A stretch of 64,000 nt of DNA from the human T2T-CHM13v2.0 reference genome, Homo sapiens, in the NCBI RefSeq assembly GCF_009914755.1, contig NC_060931.1. One strand, written 5' to 3'. Position numbers and translations under genes: made by a program. The notes beneath the pieces were generated by a model, which saw nothing but the letters and a program-made list of their open reading frames with translations, was not told the DNA's origin and did no database searches. Within the stretch, counting starts at the first letter, position 1, and each line of letters starts with the position of its first letter. This document shows positions 46,651 through 61,258 of the stretch, in pieces.

Positions 46651-48199
46651 ATACTTTGAAAAACTATACTTTGAAAAAATATGAAATAGATTAGAACAAA
46701 TAAGGCTCTTATTCTTTCTCAGACTAAAGTTGGAAGAAAGGGTATAGTTGGTAGAGGAAAAAGGAAGAAATACAATTTGTTACCATTTATGCGTTTATCT
46801 TTTTATACTCAGTACAGCTTAAACTAGCCTAAAGTTTAGTAATATTTGAATGACTAAAATGGAAAGGTGGTCAAAATTAACTGCAAAAATATTTTAAGGG
46901 ATGCCTTTGATATTCTCTGTTGTAATGTACAGGACGAAACCTGGGGAAGTCCTTTGAAGGCTACTAAAAGTTAGGTTCACTGCTGGAACACTTAACTTCT
47001 ATGACCTTTACTGAAGGCTTGCCAGAAACTCTACAGAATGTAGTGTTGTTTCCTGAAAGAAACTGTCACATGGGATTAGATATTCAGTCAGAAGTCTGAC
47101 TTTTACCCATAGGTTCTGGTGTGACTTCATTAAACTAGATAATTTCATAAAATAAAAATTGTTCTTGATGCTGGTGAACTATTAATATAAAAAACGAAAA
47201 CTAAAATTATGCAGATGTCTGTTTAAATCTTTTTTCCAAGACAGAGCTTAAGTCATAGGAAATTGTAGATGTTGGTTGTCCATTTAATCTCCTTTTTTTC
47301 AATAAACGTAACCTCAACAAACCAAGCTATTTATTAACACAATTTCTAGAAATGTTCCGCACTTGACGTATTTTAATATAGGTACACTCAAATGTTCAAT
47401 GATATTTAAAAACTGAGTTATATAATTTCAAAATCCCAAAATATCAAAACTTAAATCATTTAAACCTTAAGGACAAATTCTTTTTTTATGCATTTGTAAA
47501 TGCGAATTGATGTCAACTCAGGAGAATTGAAACTCACATCTTCTGAACTTTGACAAGTCAATTGTGCAGAAAACAGTAATAGTAATTACTGGCAATATTT
47601 ACTGACCTCTTACATATCACACAGTAGGTTATATCCTTCACATAGTTTAATATTTATTACTCAAACAACCCTAGTATTAACTGAGGGTTATGCTGTTATA
47701 AAAATATGGATGGAGATCTAAAGTCAGGCAGTATAAGTCCAGAGCCCTTGTTTATAACAGCAAGCCATAATGGGTATTGCTATTAATTATGTATGTGTAT
47801 ATATAAAAATTATGATGTTATATATCAGACATATGTAAATTACATGTTTTATATACATGTACACATATATGTATGTATACATATGTGTATATGTATATAT
47901 GTATATGTATTCTATGTATTATAAATAGTGTTCACGTTGTTCCCAGTCGTGGAGAAGTTTGAAAAAAAAGATCATGTTTTGAGTCATAGACAATACATCA
48001 AAATATGCAGAGATTTTCCAGCTCTTACCTGATCAAAAACATTAAATGAAATAAACTATGAATAACAAATATAAGTGTCGCTGTCACTTCAGATTGTAAA
48101 CAAAACAAAAACACTCTCCTTCATAAATTTTAGAACAAATAAAAATCAGTTAGAGAACAATTAGGAATTCGCAACATTTAGAACCTACTGTATCAAAGC

Positions 48200-49120
48200 C
48201 ATAGGAGCTATTAGACTACCTCTCATCAGAGTTAAAATCTTAAAAAATCTTAACTCTAAATCTTTTCTTCCACAAATAAGAAAAAAGTAAAAATAAACTA
48301 AACGTTAAACTCAAGAAGATGGAACAAGAACAGCAGAACAAACTAGACTGAATGGGAAGAAGGATTATTAAGATAAAGATGGAAATTAACTATAAATTGA
48401 TAAATATTGGAATGACTGACAGAAAAACTGAGCTAATGACATAAAAGAAAAACTTCAGAAAAATAACACAGAACTTTCATATTCAAAGAGATTTTTAAAT
48501 ATATCTGAAAGTACTGTAACATGTAATATGAATACTAGTTTGGTAATTACAATAAAATTATTTCTACGAAAATATAAATTCCAAATAAAAACATATTAAA
48601 AGTTTAGGCCATTTAATATCAAACCTAATTTTAATAGTATTAGAATTTATAAGTAATACAATACAGCAGACAAAAAGAGGCATACATATAGAAAAAGAGT
48701 ACACAAAATCATCGTGATGTATAGGGTTGTCTACTTAGATAATGCAATCAAATAAGCTAACAATCTGTCAGAACTAATAAAAATTACATATAAGTTAAAA
48801 TACTCAACATTCAACCATCAACTGCCAAAACTTGACTAAAAATATAAAGCTAACAAGATACAATTCAAAATGAAAATAAAAATATAAAATAACTAGGAAT
48901 AATTTTAACAAGAAATACATAGGCCCTATATGAAGAAACTTCAAAACTTTAATGAAATTCTAGGAAGACTAGAATGAACGGAAACAGAACTTACTGATTG
49001 ACAAGTGTTACCAAGTAAAGATATCAGGTTCCACTTAAAATTTATATATTTAACGCAGTCTCCATAAAAGGGCCAATAGGATTTTTTTTTTTGATGGTGG
49101 GAATTTAAAAAGTTGGTAGG
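48200..49120 (+). mobile_element. Diverged L1M ORF2 remnant
   Basis: A-rich; aactaggaataattttaacaagaaat...ctatatgaagaaact. Confidence 0.55.
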
Positions 49121-49371
49121 GGATCATATGAGATGTTCAGTTAGATAGCAAGGAATAGGTGGAGTGCAAAATGAAGCACTGCGAGATGTCTCACAGGAAA
49201 CTGAGTGATGTATAAGCTTACTGTCCCCATGTACCAGCATGGAACATCTCTTATGGGATATTCAGTGTTTCTTAATGGTGAAGGGCAGGAAATAGAATGG
49301 ACAGAGACAAGGACATATTGAAGCCATTTATTCTAGAAGTAGTGTGCTGGAGGCAGAAGTTTTAGCAACTC

Positions 49372-49666
<295 letters not shown>

Positions 49667-50450
49667 TTAGCAACTAATTAAAACACATTGTAATTAATAT
49701 TATAATATGTGTTAATGGATCAAAAAAGTGTCATGATAATACTTGAACAGGGTTTTAAAGATACGTATCAGGGTCCCAGGTAGAAGAGTGATGAAGGTAG
49801 TCCTGGAAGGTGAGCCAGTGTGTGCACAGATGCAAAGCCTGAGAAAGCCTGTTGCAGATTAGATTTCTGTAGCTGGAGTTCATGACTGCAAATCATTTGG
49901 GCCATGCTGGAAATTCAGATGAGGTCTAACTTATGAAGGGTTTTCTCTGCTATTCTAAGAAAGTATGTTTCAAATATACATGTGTATGGCTATGGGAGAT
50001 TATATGTATACATAATGTGTGAACAAAAACTTAAAATGCACGATCTTTTTAAAATGCTACCAGGGAACTTATACTAACCTTTTAAAAATTGTCAATGTTA
50101 TATATTTTTTAAGATAATACATGTTATTTCACTTTTGAATAGGCATGCTCTGGTAAGGAGTAGGAAATACGTTGTTTTACCAAGACATTTTAAGGCTATA
50201 TTGAAAAATAAGTATTTACTGAGTTTGGATTAAATACCATGCTGTATCTCTTACATTTAGTGTATTAAATAAAAGGTAAAGTAAATTGCACTCAAATTCT
50301 TAAAGTAAGAAAATAATCTTTAAAACATTTTTTCTTTGTTCTTTATTAAAACCAGAAGTATTACAAAGTCATGATAGTTCTAATATGTATCTTTATATGA
50401 GCACACAATAATTACTGAATTTTTTCTTCCAAAAATGTTGGCTTACATAG

Positions 50451-51161
50451 GAGCAGAAATGCATGAAACTGTTGCATTTCAAATTTATCTTAATGGACAT
50501 AAAGGGTAAAAACTCTTTCATGTGAACAGAGACAACTTTGGCCTCTACTAGAGATAAGTCGTACTGAATGTGCAAACTAAGTTTCTATGAGGTAGATTCT
50601 TATTTGTCATATTATTTATTAGACAGTAATATTTAGGAATTTATGAATAATAAAATCTCAAGGGATTTTCTTCACTTGATTACTAATTATAGAAACTAAC
50701 CTTGAATATTTGGCCCCACTGTTGAGTCGCTCAGATTGAGAAGTACAAAGTGAAGACCCTGCTGTGAGGGTAAACTGATGACTCACTTTTAATATTAGGT
50801 TGAGCCAGGAACTCTAACTCTGCCAAGTTAACTTCGCAGGGAGTCCCACTTCAACCCACTCACATTTTCTAATAACAGCACTCTATTTCAACATTGCTGA
50901 AATAAACTGTGCTTCACTTTGGCATTTTGATTTGAAAATGAAGGTAGTATGTAACATAATAGATTGCAATGATTTCTTGGATAACCTTTTAAAGAACAAG
51001 TTAAAAGGACACCGATATTATGACAATGGTGTACAATTGTGTCCTCGTGAAAATTAGAAAAGATTCATTATGAGTATCCTTGTTGCCCCCATGTTAGTTA
51101 CAAAACTATTTCACCTGCAGTAACAGAAAATTTTGCTGTTATTCATAGTTTGAAGATGGTG
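50451..51161 (+). pseudogene. Three pseudo-exons forming one PLAT-like repeat
   Basis: 50451-50591 GAEMHETVAFQIYLNGHKG...TKFL*G; 50693-50769 ETNLEYLAPL/SLRLRS; 50995-51161 QW/NCVLVKIRKD/HYEYPCC, donor gtaagg. Confidence 0.5.
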
Positions 51162-51845
51162 GTAAGGAAGAAAGGCATTTATAAATTTATGTTTGTAAAA
51201 ACAGGAGTTTGAAAGAGGTTTAATTTATAAACCTGGGGCCAAAGAAGTTTCATGTGATGTAGGCCATGCATTTCTGTGTTTTGACATTGAGATTTAAGCA
51301 ATCACACTGGTTAAGTTTTTTATGACCCCTTTAGACATGTTTATTTGAAATCTCTCTTGCTTTCCTTGGTGAACTTTAGACATGCAAAAGTACCCCAAGG
51401 GCACACACTCACCCCTGGCAGATTTGTTTCCCATTTTTCTCTTTTTAGAACTCCAGCTCAGCCACTATTGCCACACAGATCAAAAGCCCCATGTTTATTG
51501 TCCTGGCCACATGGTGAAAAACATATCTCTGGGTAAGCCCTGCATTAGTTTTCCTGCCTGCGAAGACAAAATACTTTCTGTTCAGACACAAAGATTCTTC
51601 TTAAAAGAGGCTTGTGTTTGCGTATATGAAGCTGCACTGCAACTCTGATGGCAAATCCAGCAGCATTTTTAAATGGTAACAAATCATTTTTTTGGTTTTG
51701 TTTCTCTATTGTTCACTTTCCTCCCCAATCCACAACACTACTGGCGTCCTTTGTAAAAATCATTCTAACTCCAGGGCACGTTGTTCTTCTTCAGACTGAA
51801 AGAGGCAGTCGGGAGTGCAAAAAAATGTCTAATTTGAAATGCTTT

Positions 51846-52221
<376 letters not shown>

Positions 52222-53199
52222 TCATGATATTGCAGGTGTATGTTAAGGGAATTAAACACACAAATTTTAATTGACCAGATCCCAAACCAGTGTAACACCA
52301 AAGGATATAGTTTTGCTTGACAGCAGGGTTTCAATTATCAAGGTAAAGCAGACATACCTGGTAGTCTATGCAGCCAATCTGTTATTTTCTTCTGCAATAC
52401 AGAAGCAGTGGCTTTTTGTAACTAGAAATACTATTTGTGGCCTGAACCTATGAAAAGTTCTGTATTCTGCTGTGTAATCTGATTCTGCTTAGAGTGCGAG
52501 TTTGGAATGGTTTAGGAATATGTGCAATACATATTAAGACTCAGAAGAGACAACCTACGGAGTGGAAGAAAATATTTGCAAACCACACATCTGATAAAAG
52601 ATTAATAATCAAAATATTTACAGAAGTAAAACCACTCAATAGCAAGCAAATAAACCACTCAAATTTTGTGAATATATAAAGATTCAGAAATTATTGCTCC
52701 TATGAGTATTTCCTGGAAAATATAATAATAGTAAACTTTACACAACAAAAAAGCCTGGAGAGACATCAAAATTAAGATAGTTATAAATGTTAAATCTATA
52801 TTATTCTGTAAATCAATGCTACATGATGGTTATAAGGAAGATAATATATCACGGTATGTAATGGTGGTTTGCTTTAATTACACAGCTGTAATATAACTAT
52901 CAAAACTAGAGGGTGAGGAGAAAAAACAAGAAAATTTAAACAGACTTTCTAATCACTAATCAGTATTAATGGTAGTAAAAGAATATACTTAACATAGGAT
53001 GCTGGGGGAGAAAAAGTAAAAGGAGTAGAAGTTATTATTGACAATTTTGCCCATAGAATGGCATAAATAGATGGTAGCCTAAAAAAGATTATTATATAAT
53101 GATATTGACAAGAAGAAAGAATGGGGGAAAGGAAGAGTAAAAGAAAAGGAGAAAGGAGGGTGATGGCAAGAAGGAGTAAAAAGAAAAACAGAAGCAAAC

Positions 53200-56100
53200 A
53201 TAAAAGAGCACACAGGGAAAGGATATATCTTTGGAGACATATTCAAATATAACAGAATGTGAGAAAATTAAGAATAAAACATCAATCATACCAATAAGTT
53301 TTAATCGAATCTCAAAAAATCTAAATCTATTAAAAGACAGTTTTAGATTGTCCAAAAATTAACATTTAACTGATTAACTGCTTAAATATGCTTGTATGAG
53401 ACAAACACAAAAAACAGAGATTATAAAGAATTAAAATGAGAGGACAATAATACATGAAAGGCAATTGCAAATGAAATGAAAGCAAGGCTCATGAAATTGA
53501 TATCAAATTAGGTAGAATCCAGTCCAAAATGGTTTAAAAGACATAAGAAAGAATACTTTTTAATGTCTGGGGTACGAATAAAAATTTAAAAAAATTATGT
53601 AATATTCTAGCAAACTTCCTAAAGCAGAAGCAACAGAAGATGCACATAGAAAGACACACCAATAAAGGGAGATTTTAACTTAAGTAACTCCTTCAAAGAT
53701 GGGTCGAATGGACAAAGAAACCAAGATAATGATGACAAAATAAAATACTTCTAATAGATAAATACAAATACTGAACTGTGTTAATAAATAATATATCTTC
53801 CTTTCACAGAAAACCTCAACCAATTAAAACAACAGAAACAACCCAAAGGGCAGTCACTTACTATAAGACAGTAAATCTAAAAATTACTAACAAAAAATTA
53901 AAATTTTCTCTACCTAGAGGAAGAAATACATTGTCAATGACTAAAGGGCAATTTCAAAGTGAAAAATGAAGGATATTTTTAGAAACAAAGGTAAGAACAA
54001 TATGACATCAGAATTTTGGGGATACAGCTAAAAAAATTAGTAAATTTTTTAAATGAAATAATTGTACCAATAAAAACTATAAAATAAGTTAAATCCTCAA
54101 CTCAAAATCTAGAAAAACAGTGAGTAAAGCAAAGAAAAGTAGAAGACAGTTTAATAAAGGTTAAAAAAACAGTAGTTAACTAGTTAGGAAATGGAGAATC
54201 AGTAAACTAGAAAAGCAACAAAATTGAAAAACCATTGGCTAAACTTCGAACAAATAAAAGGAAAAAAAAACCAGATACACAAAATTAGCAACCACAAAGT
54301 GGGACATAGTCATCAAAAGAGTTAATTTAAGCAAGTCTTAAGAGACATTCTATAACTCTATTTGAAAACCTAAATTAAATTGTTATTTCAGACACACCAA
54401 AATTGATCCCAGTAAGGATAACCAATCTAAAACAGATCAATGGCAATAGAATAAATAGAGAATGTATTTAGAGTTATTCCACATAAAAGCACCAGAGTCA
54501 TGTGACTTTACTGCAGTATTCTATAAAACCTTACAAGATTAAATAATATGAATGCTGTTCAAACAATTGCAGAGAATAGGAAAAGCAAAAATACATTCCA
54601 GCTAATTTCATGAAGTAAATACATTAATCAAAACTCACCAATGAAAAAAACCTATTGGCCAATGTCTCTTGTGCATATAAATGTAAAAAACTTAAATATT
54701 AATATATAGTCTATTAGCAAATCTAAAAAATAGTACATCATGACTAAATAAGATTTATTTGAGAAATTCAGAATCACATGCTCATCTTCACATTTGAAGA
54801 AAGTATATTTGACAAAATTCAGCACCCAGTCATCTTAAAAACACTCCATAAGACAGGAATTGGGGTATATCATTTCTTATGTGACTAGATAGATAGATAA
54901 ACATAAATAGCTAGAGATAGATGGCTAGAGCATGTAGTTTGGAATATAAAAATAATCTCAGCCCCCAAAAAAACTAGCCCCAAAGCTAGTTTCTTACTTG
55001 ACATGGAATCAATAGATATTTCCGCACTAAAGAAAAAGACAAGAATGTTCATTATCTGTACTATTTAGCATACCTTTGGAAGTATTTGCCTATTAGGTAA
55101 AGCAATTAGTAGTTTCTAAAAAAGTTCTAATTCTATTTACAGACACATGAATATATGCTTGGAAACCCCAAAAGAACTAATGGAAAAATAAAAACAATTG
55201 AATAAAGTAGCAATTTAGAAAATTATATATGAAAACATACAAGTTACACACAAATACAAGATAGAAAATATGAAACTGAATGTTTGATTTACCATAATAA
55301 GAAAAAAATCTGTATGTAAACTTAAGGAAAATCCAGTATATCTGTCAAGAAACTAAGTCACATTGCTGAAAATTATGAGTAGACTTGGAGAAGTGGAAAG
55401 ATGCACCATGTTCTTGGATAGTAATATCTAGCATCATAAAAATGTCAGTTCTCCCCAAGCTAATTTAAAAATAAAATGCAATCCGAATAGAAATATTATT
55501 CATTTTTTAAATGTAAGTGTAGACTATGAAATTTGTTTGGAAGAATAAATATAAATAGCTAAGAAAGCAGTAATACAAAAGGGTTATGAAGGGATCTGGC
55601 CATACAGGCATTAAAAAATCTCATGTAAAAACCTATGTAATTAAAACCATTTGGTATTGGCTCATGCTAAGCAGACGAATGGAACAAAAAATATAAAATC
55701 CAGAAACAGAACCAATTATCTATGGAAATTTTGAATATGCTATAGGTAGCAAAACAAATCAAGGAGAAGAAAAAAATATTAAATATAAAAAAGGAATAGC
55801 CTTATAGACAAAGAAAATATTGGATTCATTCTTTATACCATATACCAAGATAAATTTGGCATGGATTAGTAGTTTAAACTTAAGAAGAGAGCCATACAAG
55901 TACTAGAAAATAAAATCATGTGTGAATTCCCCTATATTTGGAGCATGGGGAAAACTTTCATATCATTCAAACTCTATTAGTGTATGGGATAACAGTGATC
56001 TGCTGGATTATATAAAAATTGTAATACTTTGTCATAGAAAAGTGGCACAATTAGTAAAATTAAAATGTCAAACTGCAAAAGATACTTGTAAATAAAATTA
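53200..56100 (+). mobile_element. Ancient L1ME-type ORF2 remnant
   Basis: A-rich collinear ORF2 landmarks (aaaagcaccagagtca, gacaaaattcagcaccc, ccatgttcttggatag, aaaatgtcagttctcccc). Confidence 0.65.
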
Positions 56101-56104
56101 CAGA

Positions 56105-56380
56105 TTATTAATTTTTTATTGCAGCCATAACAAATCATCACAAATATAGTGGCTTAAAACAACACAAATTATCTTATGGTTATGAAAGTCATAATTCTGC
56201 AATGAGTTTTACTGGATCAAAATCAAGTTGTGGGCAGGTCTGCATTTCTTCTGGATGCACTAGGAAAGACTATATCTGCTTACCTTTTTCCAGCCTCTAA
56301 ATGTTGCCTGCATTCCTTGGTTCACAGCCCCTTTCTCTAGCTTCAAAGTCAGCAGCCGAGCTGCTGTATCTTTCATTTTG
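56105..56380. mobile_element. MLT1 LTR fragment
   Basis: gccataacaaatcatcacaaatatagtggcttaaaacaacacaaatt...tgcattccttggttc. Confidence 0.7.
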
Positions 56381-59289
56381 CATTTTCAGTTTTTGAAACT
56401 CTGTTATAATAGCTTCTGGTATTTTTCTAAAATAATAAATGTGACTACCTATTTTTCTAAACCAAGTTTCCAAAGCTTCATCTACAAGTAAAGCACAGTG
56501 CTTAGAAATATAGCATGGACTTTGTGGTGGTATTTGCATAATTATTCTGCCTTGTGTCCACATAGCTCAGATCAAGGCCTAGCAATGAGGAAAAACATTA
56601 CCCCGCTGTTAGTTACATAATTCTTATCTCATTATTTTATTTCACTCACAAGTAATATTTTGAATTTTTGAAAGGAAATGAACTAGCCAAATTATCTTGT
56701 CTTTTCTCTTTATGAATGAGATTTCTGAATATTTTGGCTGATGTTACAGTTTTTAGTAGTTGGAATGTGGAATGAACCTTCTAAAGTTTATAACAATATA
56801 TAAGAACATAATTAAAAAATTCAATAATCATCTTTGTCTCTTGCTGAACCCCTTAATTTGATTTGACTGAAGGAAATTTTTCTACCTTGCTGCCATAGAT
56901 TCTGTTTTCCTTTTCATCATCTTCATTTTGTACAATTCAATTATTTGTTCTGCCTTTCAGAATTAATTATTGAAATAATTTTATTTTTTAATGAACTGCA
57001 GAGCAGTCAATTACTCTGTACAGTCAGTCAGGTTAAGACATACATCAATTCATATCTTTGTCTATTGCTTTCATTGTTGGTATTGTTCTCAATCTGCCTT
57101 TGCAAATAAATGCCCAGCCATGACACAACTACGGGATTCTCAAGTACACGCTATGCAACAGTGTTTCCTCTTTGAACTCTCTCTTTGCACTGAGTAGCAA
57201 TCCTGAGACTAGTAAAATGGACCATTTTGATTTTTTTTGCAAAAACAAAATATATGAGTACTTTAATAAAAAAACTTTCTCCATTGCTCAGAAGTTGTTG
57301 ACTTTGTGTGGCCACCCAATGCTTCTGTTACTTCGTAACTACTTAGAATTTTACATATCAGGCTGTGCAATACCTATCTTGTATGGATATCAAAGAACTA
57401 ACTAAAATATGATTATATAGACACATATAATAAATTATTTTTGTTAGTGAGGTATTCCACCAAACTTTATAATTGGGAATAATAGGAATTGGTTTTGAAG
57501 GTTAAAAGGTAAGATCAGCACATAATTAATCAGAGTAGAATGTGCAAAGTAAAATTAGAAAAAGATTTAATAGTTTGCTTTTACATAATTTAATTTATCA
57601 AGTTATCTAAACAAAGAAGAGGTTTATTAGAGGGCGGTGCAGTGGTTGGAGATTTTTCAGCTAGGAATTTAAAAGGAATAGGCATATAGACTGAAGTCTG
57701 TTCTTCAAGGAAGCCCATGGTTGAGGGAAACTTTTGTAAATGCACTTTCTGCATTCTGTATCCTTGGCAAAGCTAACATATGTGTTGCAGAATGAAGGAG
57801 ATTATAGACACTGAACTTTAGTATTCTGTCCTGTTTTGAGATGACTACAACAGCCTTTCTTATCAGGATCCACTAAGATTGTACTTTTAAAGTTTTTTCC
57901 TTTTAAGGATTACATGTTTATTTTCATTTAATGTTGTTTCCCATTTGATTTTTACAGGGGTTTAATTTGCTCTTCTGACACACATTACCATTGTGATTCC
58001 TAGGAAAGTTATATTTCTCATTGTAAATTTTAAAATTTCTTGCTGGGTATGACTTAGCTTTGTACTTAGCTAGACCACAAAGTTATTTATGTTAATGTTG
58101 CACATTTGATTATTCCTACGATGATTTTTCTCTTCAAAATTAATAAATGATCATTCTTCTTTGATACCACTCTCTCTTGAATTGCTGAAGTGAACCCCTA
58201 AGACGTGGATAAACTTTAGATGTGCTGATAAAGTTAAGACTTTAGACTTTGTTAAACTGACCACTTAGTCAATAAAAATTCATTGAGTGCCTGGTGTAGG
58301 TATCATACTGTTTTAAGTGCGTGGGATATATCAGAGAACAAAACAGACAAAATTTCTAACCTCAGATTCTAGCTCAGATTCTAGGGGTAATTTATGGCTA
58401 TCTGTGAGGTATCTTCTTGGCCTTTGCTCTACCTAGCATGCTCAAATTTAATTAATATCTCAGTCTTACACAAGTGAGTAACATCTGTACCTAGATAAGG
58501 AGGAAGTATGTCCTTTCCATCTCATCTTAAGAAACACCTTATTAGAAGGCACTTAAAACATTGTTTCTCACAGAATTTGCAGTTTTCTCCTTCTCAAACA
58601 TTTTTTCTTAGAAATTCAAATTCCCTTCTCGTACATTCTGCATCATTATCTCTTTATAATCAGAGCCATCATCTTTCTACAGGATTAAATACTCAGCTGT
58701 GAAAGCATTGTTAAATTCTTTTGCTCCATCTATTTTAGTGATAACTTGGCTTCTTCGCACTGCAGTAGTCTTCTAAATCTCATTTTGGACTTTGCTGTAA
58801 AGAGAAGAAAGCACAACTTTTAATGGAAAACAAACTAGTTCTTAGGTTTTTACACACATAGAGAACTCTTTCTAAAGCCAGGAGCTGTTAGATCCATGCA
58901 CTCAGACTTGCTTGAACGTGAGGTATCTGTCTCTTAAATGGTAGCAGCAAGTAATTCTATCAAAAGTGTTCTCAGTTCAGACTTCCACATGAGCTTAAAA
59001 CCCTTTATAAAGCCAGTAATTTGCTATTGTATTACACATTTTAGAACAGAGACATGTGGATTAAACATATTTTAAATAAAGTCTAAAGTTGGGTAATTGA
59101 CTTCATATTTATCCATGTATTTACGAAGTAATCCCAGAAAAGTGGCAATATGGTTTTCTTTTCATGTTAGTCTCAGCTTCTTTTTCTTCCATCTGTTTCT
59201 TATGTGTTGAAGTTCAGAATTCTGTCTCTAGTGATCCTATATAATTTAAGATTTGGAAGTCACTCATAGGCCCATGACTCCCAACTCTC

Positions 59290-61258
59290 TAGCCTGTATC
59301 AGATGAACTAAACTAACTACTTATTGGATAGTTTCACTCAGCATTTTTGTTATATTCTTAACTGGACATTTCCATAAGCACCTGAAACTCAATATGAATA
59401 AGCCTGAATTCAGTAGCTCCTTCTAAATATGTATACTCCTATTTTGGTATCTTCCATCCCAGTTCATATTTTTACTATCCATCACATCACCAATTTGGAG
59501 TCATCCTTACTTCCCCATCATTCTCAGCCTCATGGCCAATTTCAAGTCCTACCTATTCTTTCCCCGAAGTCTTTATTCAGTCTTCTCTATCTTCTACATC
59601 CTTGCTATCATCAGCCTCGTTCTAGCCCTTATCATCTGTCACCTGGATCATTACAGTAATCTCTTAATTCAGTGCTACTTGGGTGGCTGATAGACTGTAA
59701 CACGACCTCACAGTCCGCCTCCTTCTGCTTAAAATCTATCATGTTAGACCTAAAACCATAAAAACCCTATAAGAAAACCTAGGCAATACCATTCAGGACA
59801 TAGGCATGGGCAAGGACTTCATGTTTAAAACACCAAAAGCAATGGCAACAAACGCCAAAATTCATAAATGGGATCTAATTAAACTAAAGAGCTTCTGCAC
59901 AGCAAAAGAAACTACCATCAGAGTGAACAGGCAGCCTACAGAATGGGAGACAATTTTTGCAATCTCCTCATCTGACAACGGGCTCATATCCAGAATCTAC
60001 AAAGAACTTAAAAAAATTTACAAGAAAAAAACAACCCCATCAAAAAGTGGGCAAAGGATATGAACAGACACTTCTCAAAAGAAGACATTTATGCAACCAA
60101 GACACGTGAAAAAATGCTCATCATCACTGGCCATCAGAAATGCAAATCAAAACCACAATGAGATACCATCTCACACCAGTTAGAATGGTGATCATTAAAA
60201 AGTCAGGAAACAACAGGTGCTGGAGAGGATGTGGGGAAATAGGAACACTTTTACACTGTTGGTGGGAGTGTAAATTAGTTCAACCATTGTGGAAGACAGT
60301 GTGGCGATTCCTCAAGTATCTAGAACTAGAAATACCATTTGACCCAGCCATCCCATTACTGGGTATATACCCAAAGGATTATAAGTCATGCTGCTATGAA
60401 GACACATGCACACGTATGTTTGTTGCAGCAATATTTACAATAGCAAAGACTTGGAACTAACCTAAACGTCTATCAATGATAGACTAGATTAAGAAAATGT
60501 AGCATATATACACCATGGAATACTATGCAGCCATAAAAAACCATGAGTTCGTGTCCTTTGTAGGGACATAGATGAAGCTGGAAACCATCATTCTCAGCAA
60601 ACTATCTCAGGGACAGAAAAACAAACACCGTTTGTTTTCACTCATAGGTGGGAATTGAACAATGAGAACACATGGACACAGGAAGGGGAACATCACACAC
60701 TGGGGCCTGTTGTGGGGTTGGGGGGAAGGGGGAGGGATAGCATTAGGAGATATACCTAATGTAAATGACGAGTTAATGGGTGCAGCACACCAACCTGGCT
60801 CATGTATACCTCTGTAACAAACCTGCACGTTATGCACATGTACCCTAGAACTTAAAGCATAATAATAATAAAAAAATCTATCAATGGTACTCAATCAGTA
60901 CAGAATCAAGTCCTAGCTTTTCTTCATGTCATGAAAGATCCTCTGTTATCTTTTACTTTCTTCAGCCCATCACTGCTAATTGCTTATGTGCCATGTCTTG
61001 TTTACACCTCTTAAGTCTTTGCTCATGCATGTGTTTCCTCTAACAGGAAACCTTCCCTGAACACCCAGACTGGTTTTGTTGTATCTCCTCTGTCTTCCTA
61101 TTCTCAAAATTTATGCCTAATCCTACATATACCCTACTGGCACATCACTATTTATGTCTGTCTCCCTCAAGAGAAGGTGAGTTCTTTCAGACAAGAACTG
61201 TCTCCTATTCATCGTTGTTAAGAGTTCCTATGTCAGAGTAGACAACACAAGTGTGTTC
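59290..61258 (-). mobile_element. L2 fragment split by an L1PA insertion
   Basis: cacctgaaactcaatatg...tctgcttaaaatctatca | atggtactc...tgtctcctattcatcg. Confidence 0.7.
59742..60872 (+). mobile_element. 5'-truncated L1PA
   Basis: ORF track [14 protein letters not shown] and [23 protein letters not shown]; TSD aaaatctatca at 59731-59741 and 60873-60883. Confidence 0.96.
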
